A stretch of DNA of 64,000 nucleotides, from positions 1 to 64,000 of the IMG/VR virus record IMGVR_UViG_3300044729_003129. One strand, written 5' to 3'. The DNA is from a virus. Both the position numbers and the translations under genes were made by a program. This document shows, in pieces, positions 26,625-35,812 of the stretch. The notes under the pieces are model-generated. The model did no database searches and was not told where the DNA came from. It saw only the letters and a list, made by a program, of their open reading frames with translations. Each line of letters begins with the position of its first letter. Position 1 is the first letter of the stretch.

Positions 26625-26897
26625 TGGCTCCGACTCATGGGATCGAACCATGGACCTAGTGATTACCTACTACTATAGCTTTCGCTACCCTTTTAGTTTG
26701 TAGTCTGGACTTTCTCATTATCTTCAACATTACTTGTAAGATACCAACCGTCAAGTCTCTACACGTTCCTCTTTCGAGGCTTCGCTCGGGATTGGCATTT
26801 TAAAGCGTTCCCCGAATTTGATTGGTTTTTCATAAAGTATTTCTACTTTAAGCTGCCATTATGACAGTCACCCGCTCTGCCGCTGAGCTAAGTCGGA
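26625..26897 (-). tRNA. tRNA-Asn(GTT) interrupted by a group I intron
   Basis: Spliced anticodon arm GGTGA-CT-GT|T-AA-TCACT; TCCGACT/AGTCGGA-GCCA. Confidence 0.88.
26666..26863 (-). mobile_element. group I intron, 198 nt, at anticodon position 35/36
   Basis: AATTCGGGGAAC, AATCCCGAGC, GTGTAGAGACT, GAGAAAGTCC; P1 CTGTCAT/ATGGCAG; terminal G. Confidence 0.9.
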
Positions 26898-26905
26898 TTG
26901 TAAAG

Positions 26906-27277
26906 TTATTTATAGTGAGGAATTTTAGAGACAAACTCCTTACGATTTTCTGTATCAACGTCTATATAGTCTTCATTGAGAGTAATACGACCCCTGCGCC
27001 AGACGCCCCATTCTAGATTGTCTTGCAGCGTCTCTGATGTATGAATCTTTACTAGACCGCCTTCACCAGAAATGTCGCATGCAGACAAGGCGCCTTCGTA
27101 CTGTTCATGCCAATCAAGCTCGCCGCATTCAGAATCTTCGCTCACGTGTTCAACGAGTTCTTCGTCAGAGAGATGTGCATATTCATCATAGAGTTCTCTC
27201 AACTTTTCGGTGTCTATGCTAAACAGCTTTCCAGTGTGGACAGTTTCAGTCATCCATCGTTCAATGTATATTTTCAT
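26906..27277 (-). CDS. acidic hypothetical protein
   Basis: Gene packing. Confidence 0.65.
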   Translation of the reverse strand: MKIYIERWMTETVHTGKLFSIDTEKLRELYDEYAHLSDEELVEHVSEDSECGELDWHEQYEGALSACDISGEGGLVKIHTSETLQDNLEWGVWRRGRITLNEDYIDVDTENRKEFVSKIPHYK

Positions 27278-27281
27278 AGTG

Positions 27282-27509
27282 TTATTCTTCGAGTGAATTT
27301 AACCAACGCTTCTCACTCGCACGTTGGGCATGAGTAGACCACATGCGACCGCATGTAAATCCTAGAGCATGCATTTCAAAATAGTTTTGAAAGCGTGAAT
27401 GATCGCGAGTGACTCTAAACTTGTGTTCACCGCTCTTAAGCGGTAGTTTTACTGAAAGGTAAAATTGACCGACCTTGATGTATGTTGAGGTGCGAATGAC
27501 TATTTTCAT
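27282..27509 (-). CDS. hypothetical protein
   Basis: Gene packing. Confidence 0.6.
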   Translation of the reverse strand: MKIVIRTSTYIKVGQFYLSVKLPLKSGEHKFRVTRDHSRFQNYFEMHALGFTCGRMWSTHAQRASEKRWLNSLEE

Positions 27510-27523
27510 TGTATATTATTTAT

Positions 27524-27598
27524 TGGTACTCACACGGGGAATCGAACCCCGATTGTACGGATGAAAACCGTAAGTCCTAACCGTTAGACGATATGAGC
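27524..27598 (-). tRNA. tRNA-Glu(TTC)
   Basis: Cloverleaf with CCA. Confidence 0.9.
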
Positions 27599-27610
27599 AG
27601 GTGTTGTAGA

Positions 27611-27684
27611 TGGACGCACGTTCCAGTAACGCTCTGGACTAGGCGGTTTTGCAGACCACTGCATGACTTCTCTGCCAACGTGCG
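27611..27684 (-). tRNA. tRNA-Cys(GCA), non-canonical T loop AGCGTTA
   Basis: GTGGT-CT-GCA-AA-ACCGC; U73-CCA. Confidence 0.8.
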
Positions 27685-27688
27685 AAAG

Positions 27689-27784
27689 TGGTACTAGAGG
27701 TGGGACTCGAACCCACATACGGCTCGATGACCGATTCTACCCCCTTATAAAGAAGGACCTTTAACCAATTCAGGACACTCTAGC
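27689..27784 (-). tRNA. tRNA with TAT anticodon (Ile) and long variable arm
   Basis: CCTTC-TT-TAT-AA-GGGGG; ~23-nt variable region; CCA. Confidence 0.75.
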
Positions 27785-28068
27785 ATTAGAAAAAAATTTA
27801 TCGGTTAATCATATTGGCATGTCGATGAGGAGCGCAATGCGCTGCAACTACAATCGACTATGACTTTTTATAGGGACCGAAAACTCCTATATACAAACCT
27901 TTGACATCGCATCACACTGTGATCCAAGCCGTACAACCACGGACGTTCTCAACTTTCATTAGCAGTTGATGGTGCGTTCAGTTATGAAACCTTTGTTTCT
28001 CTTTGCTTACAGAGACATTATACACTAAACTCTCTCATATGTAAACATCTTTTTTATCTATAAGTGAT

Positions 28069-28665
28069 TTATTTATATTGTAAAAAGTCTTTCCACTCTT
28101 CACGAATCGTAACTTTTTCACTAAGCGCACTAAACTCAATGTCTTTTAGCATCTTAGGCTTTACTTCAGAGCCGTGAATGTTGAAATATGGAAACTTGTT
28201 TGATTTTTTAGTATTACACTTTTTGCAAGACAGCACAATATTGTCGTCGTTGTTGCCGCCTCCACGACTGCGAGGAATGAGATGATCACGAGTCGCAGAA
28301 GTGTATGGAATCTTACGCAGACAATATTGACATTCTCCTCCATAGATATAATACAGCTGACGAAGGTTGATTGCGCGCGGCTGCTTTTTGCCTTGCTTGT
28401 AGTGACCAAAATAGCCTGGCACCACTACAATTGTAGGAATTGCCCACAGTGTGTCGACGCTTCTCAGCGCAGGATTGTTTGGACTGAGATGATCATCGTT
28501 TGCTATCCAGCTGCTCCAGTCACGTATGTTTCCATACTGGTCATAGGCTTTTACGCCTCCAACCATCATGTTTCGAATTGCAGACCGAGCAGAAAAAAAT
28601 CCACACGGCTGAAAGCCTGCAGTCAATACGAGTGTAGTCTTATGAGAGGGAAAAACTGGAATCAT
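28069..28665 (-). CDS. McrA-like HNH endonuclease
   Basis: TLVLTAGFQP; CQYC...TRDHLIPRSRGG...NIVLSCKKCNTKK. Confidence 0.85.
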   Translation of the reverse strand: MIPVFPSHKTTLVLTAGFQPCGFFSARSAIRNMMVGGVKAYDQYGNIRDWSSWIANDDHLSPNNPALRSVDTLWAIPTIVVVPGYFGHYKQGKKQPRAINLRQLYYIYGGECQYCLRKIPYTSATRDHLIPRSRGGGNNDDNIVLSCKKCNTKKSNKFPYFNIHGSEVKPKMLKDIEFSALSEKVTIREEWKDFLQYK

Positions 28666-28994
28666 GAACAGACGAGAGTATAGCCACCAAACTTAGAGCG
28701 CACGACGTTGTTTACATAGACTGCAATGTGTGATGCATCTTCTAAACGAATTCTAGTGTGGCTGCGAAAGATTGAGCGACGATTAGAAATAGAATATTTG
28801 TGACGATTTGGATTATTTTTTCCAAGGCGGCCATAGAGGTCAACTCGTTTAAATTTTCCAACATAATCGAAAGACTCCATCTCTTTCAAACGCTCTCTCA
28901 AATTATGAGTTTTTACCTCACGCCTCAGATGAAAGATTATTGTTTTTCCAACCTCGTTATTTTCAACCTTTAGTATTGTTCGTTGTGTGTTCAT
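28662..28994 (-). CDS. basic hypothetical protein
   Basis: Start moved to MNTQR. Confidence 0.6.
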   Translation of the reverse strand: MNTQRTILKVENNEVGKTIIFHLRREVKTHNLRERLKEMESFDYVGKFKRVDLYGRLGKNNPNRHKYSISNRRSIFRSHTRIRLEDASHIAVYVNNVVRSKFGGYTLVCS

Positions 28995-28995
28995 A

Positions 28996-29109
28996 TTAGT
29001 TAAAGAAAAGATAGACTGCTTTGAACAGAGCGCTGATGAATCCAATCATACAGACTCCAAAAAATAGTGATATCAAGATGGCTAGTGGATAAAAATGCGA
29101 TAGTTTCAT
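28996..29109 (-). CDS. 37-aa membrane peptide (not in ORF track)
   Basis: MKLSHFYPLAILISLFFGVCMIGFISALFKAVYLFFN. Confidence 0.5.
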   Translation of the reverse strand: MKLSHFYPLAILISLFFGVCMIGFISALFKAVYLFFN

Positions 29110-29333
29110 GGTTTGGTGTTTGTTGTTTGTTGTTTAAAAGTATCCTCAGTGCTTTACAGCTTCAATTGGGGCTGAGGAGCCTCCCAGGTTTCTATCACCT
29201 CCGAATTGAACGGACTTTTGAATAATATTCTTATAGGCCACTGCCAGGTCATGACTACTGGCTTTGCGATAGAGAAGGTTTTAAAATCTTATGTCGTTAT
29301 TCTATTTGTATTTGTTGTTGTTTTTTTTGGAAA

Positions 29334-29390
29334 TGGCACCGCAGACTATGGAATTGCACCATGAAACTTTTTAACGCTCTCCCTGCGGAC
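29334..29390 (-). ncRNA. mini tRNA-like RNA (acceptor + T arm)
   Basis: CCGCAGG/TCTGCGG-TG-CCA; ATGG-TGCAATT-CCAT. Confidence 0.5.
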
Positions 29391-29456
29391 AAGAGGCTCG
29401 TTCCTTTTATCTCTGATTTCGTTTGCAACCTCCATCAGTAAATTTGTTTTTGAAAA

Positions 29457-29558
29457 TGGTGTCCCCTGCGAGGAGTCGAACCTCGTCTCCCAGGCTATTG
29501 ATCGAGCTATTTGCACTTCGCTCAACCTTAGTGTCTGGCGGGCCAGTACTTCAGGGAA
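29457..29558 (-). ncRNA. tRNA-like RNA with one long central stem
   Basis: TTCCCTG/CAGGGGA-CACCA; CGAGG-TTCGACT-CCTCG. Confidence 0.6.
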
Positions 29559-29575
29559 AAATTGTTTTTTGAAAG

Positions 29576-29664
29576 TGGTGAGCAGTTTTTAGAGATGCTC
29601 AACTCTCTAGAGCGGTTTAACGAGTGCCCGAAGCTCAAAGCTTTTTAAGAGATGCTCAGCTCTT
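29576..29664 (-). ncRNA. three tandem H-type pseudoknot-like units ending in ACCA
   Basis: Unit GAG..GRGCA..CTC..AAA..GCTY, three copies. Confidence 0.55.
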
Positions 29665-29668
29665 GTGA

Positions 29669-29755
29669 TTACCAACTACCGTTCATGGTTTGGATAAAGA
29701 TGACGAACCAAACCGCGATATTGATTCCGATGAAAATTCCTAATGTTTCTTTCAT
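29669..29755 (-). CDS. 28-aa hydrophobic peptide
   Basis: First ORF after promoter copy 4: MKETLGIFIGINIAVWFVIFIQTMNGSW. Confidence 0.45.
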   Translation of the reverse strand: MKETLGIFIGINIAVWFVIFIQTMNGSW

Positions 29756-29768
29756 ATTGTGTTGTGTT

Positions 29769-29864
29769 GCTTACATGGTCATTATACACTAAAATGCAGA
29801 GAAAGTACACAACTTTTTTCAAAAAAGTGAAAAAAGGTCCCGAAGTTAGGCCCCGTATAGAGAA
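29769..29864 (-). promoter_or_regulatory. repeated early promoter element, copy 4 (head of the tRNA/ncRNA array)
   Basis: Near-identical to copy 3. Confidence 0.8.
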
Positions 29865-30091
29865 ATCTAATGCTCCCAAGGTCTAAAAATGTCAAATTTA
29901 TGACTTTTTATGCAAAAAATACCCACCAAAGTGTGCATCGTTGAGTTGATATGCGTAAGCGTATTGCATATTACCAGCGAAGTTGCATGTTTGCGTTAGG
30001 CATTTCCTCGGTTATTGTAATTACGCAACACTACTTTGTCAAGATCCAGCCTAGGATTGAGTTGTGAGATTTTCTTGGACATGAGTGTTGA

Positions 30092-32263
30092 TTAGGAAAT
30101 AACCGCTAGTTTTCTTGTAACCCCAGATGAATCTTTTATTTCTATGTATCCAGTAATTGCTACATCTGATGATGCAGCGTGAGTCCCATACTGAACCAAC
30201 CCTGTTCCTTTAGGGGATAACCTTAAATCTATGTTTGTATCAGATCCATCACACTGAATCCTTGGGGGTGCTTCGGTTGCTCTACTTACAGCCGTTAAAA
30301 AATTAACTGATGATGAGTCTTGGGCGACCGCTTGAAACGCCACACCATTAGACACATTACCCAATGATACACGATTTGTGGAAGACCCAAGCAATGATAG
30401 ATTTTGTCCAGACTGCGATGAAATTGGAGATCCAATTACATTCCTAGTTGATGTGGATTGAGCATTTCCAAATATAACGGAAGCTGTGTTATTTGATTCA
30501 TCCAAGTAATCACCAGTAACATTTCCTTGGAATATGTTTCCAGTAACAGTATACCTATCTTGATTTGCTCTAATTATCAATCCATAGGACGAAAGTTCCG
30601 AAGCATACCCAATCCATTGACCGCATGTGCAGCCAATTAGTGAGTTTCCGGTTGAATATGCAGTGCTACCAAATTCTACATTTGGATACAATGCGCTTCC
30701 AGCTATGCTATTTGTTGCAATTTGGCATCCAATAATTTTTGTATATCTTCCATTAACAATAATACCTTGTTTAAAGTTACCTGATATTTGTCCGCTTTTT
30801 ATTGAAACATATGAAGCAGATTCAGAAATTTTTATTCCGCATTCTGAAAGGGAACCTTGGATATAGCAATCGGTGAATTGATGAGTTCTAGTTACACCAG
30901 TTCCCCCATCAATGAGTATTCCTTCAGCATATGTAAAATCAGTTTGAAGATCATAAGCTGTAACGAATGATGGAGATGACGCTATCCCGTCTGTATTTAC
31001 AATTGAAAGTCCTCTATATCCCTTTACGATGCCAACATGCCGAATATCAACAGTGTCAATGTTGCTATCAATTACAATTCCATTTGGAGAGCTTGCGGTG
31101 TTTGTACCAAACCCAATTTGGACATCATCAATATCAAGAACATCTGCCCTTGTTGATGCGCTTCCATAATTCTTAATGGCATATTGCCCAATTAGACCGC
31201 TTATCCAAGTATTTTGAATACTGGCGACATTTTGCCCCTCGATGTATATGCCATTATATCCACCAATAATGCTGATATTTCTAACATTAAACCTTGCGAC
31301 TTTAACTGCCTTTATGCAATTGCCACCAGCTTTTGCTGTCCCGTTAATGGATAGATTAAAGATACCTGCTCCAGTAAGAAACCCAGATGATTGCCACACG
31401 AAAACATCCGATGTGCCAGATGCAATAATGGTAGTTGAAGACCTTCCACTTCCGATTATATTTGTTGCAGTCTGGCATAGAATTTGACTGGTAATTTTAT
31501 AACTGCCAGTTGGAATAAAAATATGAAGGGATGCGTTTGCCGCTGTCTGAAAAGCCGCAGTATCATCCGTAACCCCATCCCCAACTGCCCCGAAGTCCTT
31601 GACATTCACCACATCAGCGAAGCGGTTCGCCAATGAACGGGCGGCAGTGCTACCAGTCGCTGTGATCGAATTATTTGCCTTGCCATCTAATTGAGTTTGA
31701 ATAGCACTTGTGACTCCATCAAGATAATCTAATTCAGTAGAAGTTACATTTGTTGATGTTGCAACTTTACCAGACGAGTCAGAGACTAATGCTCGTGATG
31801 CTGTCAAGTTTCCAGTAACAATAGTAGTTGCGGCTCCAGAGATTGTAGCTTGTTTGCCGTTTAATTGAGTTTGTATAGAACTCGTGACGCCATCAAGATA
31901 GCCTAATTCAACATCACTAATTGAACCGATAGAAGTAGTATTAGGCAATGTTACTGTCCCAGTAAATGTGGGATTTGTAAACATTGTGACTTTGCTTTCA
32001 TTATCGACATTGCTCAATCCAATAGTTGTTTTATTTAACGCTTGCCATGTTTTGTCACCGCGCCAATATTGACCTGTCGTGCCTGCTGGTATTGTTGCTT
32101 GTAAAGTACCACTATTACCCAAACCAGTTGCTAGGTCGCCTATAGTGATCTTTTTATTTGTGCCACTTGTGGCCATATTAAGATCACTAACATCAACAAC
32201 TTGCAAAATATCATTTTGTGCAAGTCCTGTTGTTAATTCTGTTAGCTGCGAAGTCTTTGACAT
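30092..32263 (-). CDS. tail fibre / tailspike with pectate-lyase-like beta helix
   Basis: VNVKDFGAVGDGVTDDTAAFQ; duplicated EL.YLDGVTS.IQTQL.GK; late promoter 32270-77. Confidence 0.85.
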   Translation of the reverse strand: MSKTSQLTELTTGLAQNDILQVVDVSDLNMATSGTNKKITIGDLATGLGNSGTLQATIPAGTTGQYWRGDKTWQALNKTTIGLSNVDNESKVTMFTNPTFTGTVTLPNTTSIGSISDVELGYLDGVTSSIQTQLNGKQATISGAATTIVTGNLTASRALVSDSSGKVATSTNVTSTELDYLDGVTSAIQTQLDGKANNSITATGSTAARSLANRFADVVNVKDFGAVGDGVTDDTAAFQTAANASLHIFIPTGSYKITSQILCQTATNIIGSGRSSTTIIASGTSDVFVWQSSGFLTGAGIFNLSINGTAKAGGNCIKAVKVARFNVRNISIIGGYNGIYIEGQNVASIQNTWISGLIGQYAIKNYGSASTRADVLDIDDVQIGFGTNTASSPNGIVIDSNIDTVDIRHVGIVKGYRGLSIVNTDGIASSPSFVTAYDLQTDFTYAEGILIDGGTGVTRTHQFTDCYIQGSLSECGIKISESASYVSIKSGQISGNFKQGIIVNGRYTKIIGCQIATNSIAGSALYPNVEFGSTAYSTGNSLIGCTCGQWIGYASELSSYGLIIRANQDRYTVTGNIFQGNVTGDYLDESNNTASVIFGNAQSTSTRNVIGSPISSQSGQNLSLLGSSTNRVSLGNVSNGVAFQAVAQDSSSVNFLTAVSRATEAPPRIQCDGSDTNIDLRLSPKGTGLVQYGTHAASSDVAITGYIEIKDSSGVTRKLAVIS

Positions 32264-32272
32264 ATAGTGTAT

Positions 32273-32914
32273 TTATACTTTTTTCTTCTTCTCTTCAGCC
32301 TTGATTCGTTTTTGAATGGACTTGCCGCGCTTCTCTAAACGATCAAGTACCTGTTGCGCGTTCATCCAGATGTCTTTGTCTTCAAGCATCTCTTTAATCT
32401 CGCCTTCAGTAAGAAAGTCTGAATACATGTCTTTGAAAAGATTTGCGCTCCAGTTGCGTTCATGAACCATGCCATGATACATCTCACCACCTTTGCCAGC
32501 AGTTCCTGCGCTATAGTTATGAAACAAGAACATGCTATGATCTGTAATCATATACTCATCGGCCATTAAAAAGATCAAAGTTGCAGCACTCATACATGCC
32601 CCTTCAACACTTACCATAATATGGGCTTCAGTTTCAGAGAGTGCCTGCATAAATTGAATGGTAGTAAACAGGTTACCTCCAGGACAATTGATATGAATCT
32701 TAACCACATCGGTTGGACGACTATTTCGAATATCATGAAACCATTGTATATAGTCACTTGCATCACCAATCTCTTCAGAGAGATAATACTCTTTGACTGC
32801 ACCATAGTCGCTCGTAAAGCAATCATTTGCGCCACCCTTTAGTAGATCCAGTAAGCCCTTATTTTGTATGTTGTGTTTATGCATGTCCAAATAGTTTTTT
32901 GGTATTATATTCAT
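32273..32914 (-). CDS. ClpP-family serine protease
   Basis: IHINCPGG, ACMSAATLIF, FLFH, DIWMNAQ. Confidence 0.8.
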   Translation of the reverse strand: MNIIPKNYLDMHKHNIQNKGLLDLLKGGANDCFTSDYGAVKEYYLSEEIGDASDYIQWFHDIRNSRPTDVVKIHINCPGGNLFTTIQFMQALSETEAHIMVSVEGACMSAATLIFLMADEYMITDHSMFLFHNYSAGTAGKGGEMYHGMVHERNWSANLFKDMYSDFLTEGEIKEMLEDKDIWMNAQQVLDRLEKRGKSIQKRIKAEEKKKKV

Positions 32915-33572
32915 TTATAGTCTTAAAAAGTTCATCCGTCCAACAATCTCGTTTTTGCACAAAAACTAGCGGTTGTGAACTGTTTTCTACAGCCATAACG
33001 ATTACTCCTTGACTTACTGGTGTGCCTGTACGCTCTTCACACATAATAGCATATGCTGCCATTTGTATAAAATAACTGTCAATCTCATCTTCAGTTTTAG
33101 CTCGAGAACTTGTCTTAAAATCGATTATGCTCAGCCGACCATCAAATTCTGCGATGAGGTCAACTCGACCAGCGAGTCCAAGATGATCTGAGTAGAGTGG
33201 AGCCTCTTGAAGACACACGTTATCGATTCGGTCATCCAAGACAGGCTTGATAGAGTTAAACATATCTTTTATATGAGGCATCTCTCCTTCAGCAAAATAT
33301 GAATCAATGTTATCAATATATCGCTCAACCGCTGCATGTAAAGCTGTGCCTCGCGTGCTTGCATGCCGGGCTACACGTGCTGCTTCAACTTCGCCAACTC
33401 GTGCTCTCCATTCTTGAAGTGCACCTTTGTTACGAATGCCTAATACAGTAGTAATACTAGGATAGGCTTTACCATTAGGCGTCATATAAAAGCGACCAGA
33501 AGTGGTAGTGTTTGCTTCTAGATCACTATAGCCAAGATCTATAGGTGAGTGCGTAAACCTTTTTCGATTCAT
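32877..33572 (-). CDS. PD-(D/E)xK exonuclease
   Basis: YPSITTVL, RGTALH, AGRVD, IIDFKTS, YFIQMAAY. Confidence 0.88.
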   Translation of the reverse strand: MNRKRFTHSPIDLGYSDLEANTTTSGRFYMTPNGKAYPSITTVLGIRNKGALQEWRARVGEVEAARVARHASTRGTALHAAVERYIDNIDSYFAEGEMPHIKDMFNSIKPVLDDRIDNVCLQEAPLYSDHLGLAGRVDLIAEFDGRLSIIDFKTSSRAKTEDEIDSYFIQMAAYAIMCEERTGTPVSQGVIVMAVENSSQPLVFVQKRDCWTDELFKTINEYNTKKLFGHA

Positions 33573-33742
33573 TAGAGTTTATCCCAATCAACAAATAGTT
33601 TTTGTTGTATTTCTTTATCTCTTCGATTGTCATCAAAGCGATTTTTCTTAAATTTTTTATTGCGAGAATAATCATCATGACCATCATCGTAATAGCCATG
33701 TCCCTTTTTCTTGTCTCTATTTTTTCTGCTGCGTCCCATATC

Positions 33743-34000
33743 TCAACGGGTTTCTATTTTTGCTTGTCTTCCACTTGCTTTTTTTACTTTGTTTAGTACG
33801 TCATTCCATCCACTACCAGCACGTTGAAGTATTGTCTTGCCTCCTTCATATGATATACCAGGAGCGGAGATGACGCGTTTTACGTTTCCAGCCAAAGTGC
33901 AGTGCGGGCATGGTTCGCTTAGCGGCAGGTCACGCGAATCCATAGGCAAACTTGCGTCCCAATAATAGTTACAAGATGTGCAATTATATGTGTATGTCAT
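33743..34000 (-). CDS. FmdB-family zinc-ribbon protein
   Basis: YTYNCTSC...CPHC. Confidence 0.8.
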   Translation of the reverse strand: MTYTYNCTSCNYYWDASLPMDSRDLPLSEPCPHCTLAGNVKRVISAPGISYEGGKTILQRAGSGWNDVLNKVKKASGRQAKIETR

Positions 34001-34001
34001 A

Positions 34002-34454
34002 TTATTCTATGCCAAGATTTGGAAAGGCCTTTTTAATGAGTGAAGATGTAAGTAGACTATATTTTTTATGTAGTTTTTTATCTTTCATTGCAATTAAAAT
34101 TTCTGCATCAGATGCATGAACATTTTCTAACAGTTTGATAAAGGCCATCTCCTTTTTAATCTTGTCATATGTAGTATTACCAACTAAAAGGCGAGGCAAC
34201 ACATCAATCTGTTTTCTTAGCGGAGAAAAATTTACTCCTGCTGGGTTTGGGCTAGGCGTATATGGAGGAGCACCTACCGGTAAATCAAATTTTATATCAG
34301 GACGAAATGCTGCCTGAAGTATAGTCTTTAATTCATAAGATTCATTTTCTTGAAGTATGCGCACTCGATCAGCGACTTTGTCTGTCGCCTGTATGCTTTC
34401 AAAAATTTCAAACGGATGTTTTGTTCTGTTGTTTGATGCAGTTTGTGGTCTCAT
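34002..34454 (-). CDS. conserved T4-like hypothetical protein
   Basis: LPVGAPPY...FIKLLENVH..DAEIL..MKDKKL. Confidence 0.75.
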   Translation of the reverse strand: MRPQTASNNRTKHPFEIFESIQATDKVADRVRILQENESYELKTILQAAFRPDIKFDLPVGAPPYTPSPNPAGVNFSPLRKQIDVLPRLLVGNTTYDKIKKEMAFIKLLENVHASDAEILIAMKDKKLHKKYSLLTSSLIKKAFPNLGIE

Positions 34455-34465
34455 AATGTATGGTT

Positions 34466-35335
34466 TTATTTATGTGTAAAAAATTCTTCAGCACATGATA
34501 CTAACATGTTGCAACGCTTAGAGATAAGATAGTTAAGTATCTTAGAGTTTCCGACCGAAGCACACTCGGAATATGCAGATAGAATTGAAGCTTTTACATT
34601 TTCTGGTGTTTTGCTAAGATCAATTATTGTGCTATTACGAATATAGTTGCGATAGACTGTTTCTGGAAGAACACTTTCTAGTTTACCTTCATGCGCAGCA
34701 GCGATCCATGCTGTTATTTTAGTTGAACTGAGTGGTGTTTGACGACCGCCATCAACAAATACAGTATCAGATGACAAGACATTTGGAATGCCATCACCAC
34801 TGTCACCACGAAAGATATGCTCATAGAGATAATTAGCTGGGTTTTTATCACTCAACATCTTCTTAGTCATAGGGCTGTACTGAGAGACATTATCATACTT
34901 TTGAAGTTGAATAAAATCTTTGTCTGCGCTGATAATCATTACGGGTTCGTGCTGGCCAAACTCTTGAGTAGATTCAACGAGTGTGCCAATAACATCGTCT
35001 GCTTCTGCGCCTTGTACAACTACTACTGGATATGGCATGTGCTCAACTATTTCATCACGTATCTTGTTTATAATACCAAAAATTTCTTTCCAGTCAAGAT
35101 CAGACGCCTCACGACTCTTCTTGCGTCCAGCTTTGTATTGCGGATAATACTCTTTACGCCAACTGCCGCCATCACATGCGATAATCATACGTCCATACTT
35201 TTCTCTATACTTGAGATTATACATTCTCAGCGAATTTAAGATAATATGTCGCATAAAGTCCTCTGTAATTTTCCCAGGACGTGATTGAGAAAATATAGCA
35301 GAGATTGCAATTCCAGAATAGTCGATTAGTAACAT
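34466..35335 (-). CDS. rnh: T4-like RNase H / 5'-3' exonuclease
   Basis: LLIDYS, WRKEYYPQYKAGR, EADDVIG, SADKDFIQL, GDSGDGIPN. Confidence 0.92.
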   Translation of the reverse strand: MLLIDYSGIAISAIFSQSRPGKITEDFMRHIILNSLRMYNLKYREKYGRMIIACDGGSWRKEYYPQYKAGRKKSREASDLDWKEIFGIINKIRDEIVEHMPYPVVVVQGAEADDVIGTLVESTQEFGQHEPVMIISADKDFIQLQKYDNVSQYSPMTKKMLSDKNPANYLYEHIFRGDSGDGIPNVLSSDTVFVDGGRQTPLSSTKITAWIAAAHEGKLESVLPETVYRNYIRNSTIIDLSKTPENVKASILSAYSECASVGNSKILNYLISKRCNMLVSCAEEFFTHK

Positions 35336-35370
35336 GATATAATTATACACTAGTGTGACTCAAATGTACA

Positions 35371-35802
35371 CTACTTTTTCCATAAACTTTTCACATGAGA
35401 TGAATTTATTTTTACTCCAATAAATTCGTTGTAAAAATCATCTGTAAGCAGCACCTCTTTGTCAAACTGTTCCTTTGCTTCCATATAAGACAATTCACCT
35501 TTAGATTTGCAGAGATATATGATTCGACGAATAAAATCTGATTGTCGTGATTCGACCAGAGCCTTTACAGTTTCGCTGCTGCCATAGTATTTCTCCCAAT
35601 CAGACTGTACACACTTTTTTCTTTTGCGGGTTTTGCCTTTTAGTGGAGCAAGTTTTTTTACACTAGACAACAGTTTTTTGCCAATATATTTTTTGCCATT
35701 TAGACTATCAGTTATTTCATAGACAAACCCAATATAACCTTCATCAATCTTCTCTTGAGCAAGTTCGCGAGTAAAAGGAAGTTCATTATATAGCCATGTC
35801 AT
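35371..35802 (-). CDS. single-domain GIY-YIG nuclease (EndoII-like)
   Basis: GFVYEIT...KKYIGKK, YYGSS, FYN. Confidence 0.75.
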   Translation of the reverse strand: MTWLYNELPFTRELAQEKIDEGYIGFVYEITDSLNGKKYIGKKLLSSVKKLAPLKGKTRKRKKCVQSDWEKYYGSSETVKALVESRQSDFIRRIIYLCKSKGELSYMEAKEQFDKEVLLTDDFYNEFIGVKINSSHVKSLWKK

Positions 35803-35812
35803 AAATTATATA

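Noticed and set aside
27940-27975. Hammerhead ribozyme (CTAATGA...)
   Set aside because: Core deviates from CUGAnGA and I could not place GAAA and stems I-III.
29576-29664. Possible mini CRISPR array
   Set aside because: Units abut without unique spacers and no cas genes are present.
29930-29990. Long imperfect hairpin downstream of the tailspike gene
   Set aside because: Could be a terminator or processing stem; not enough evidence for a separate element.
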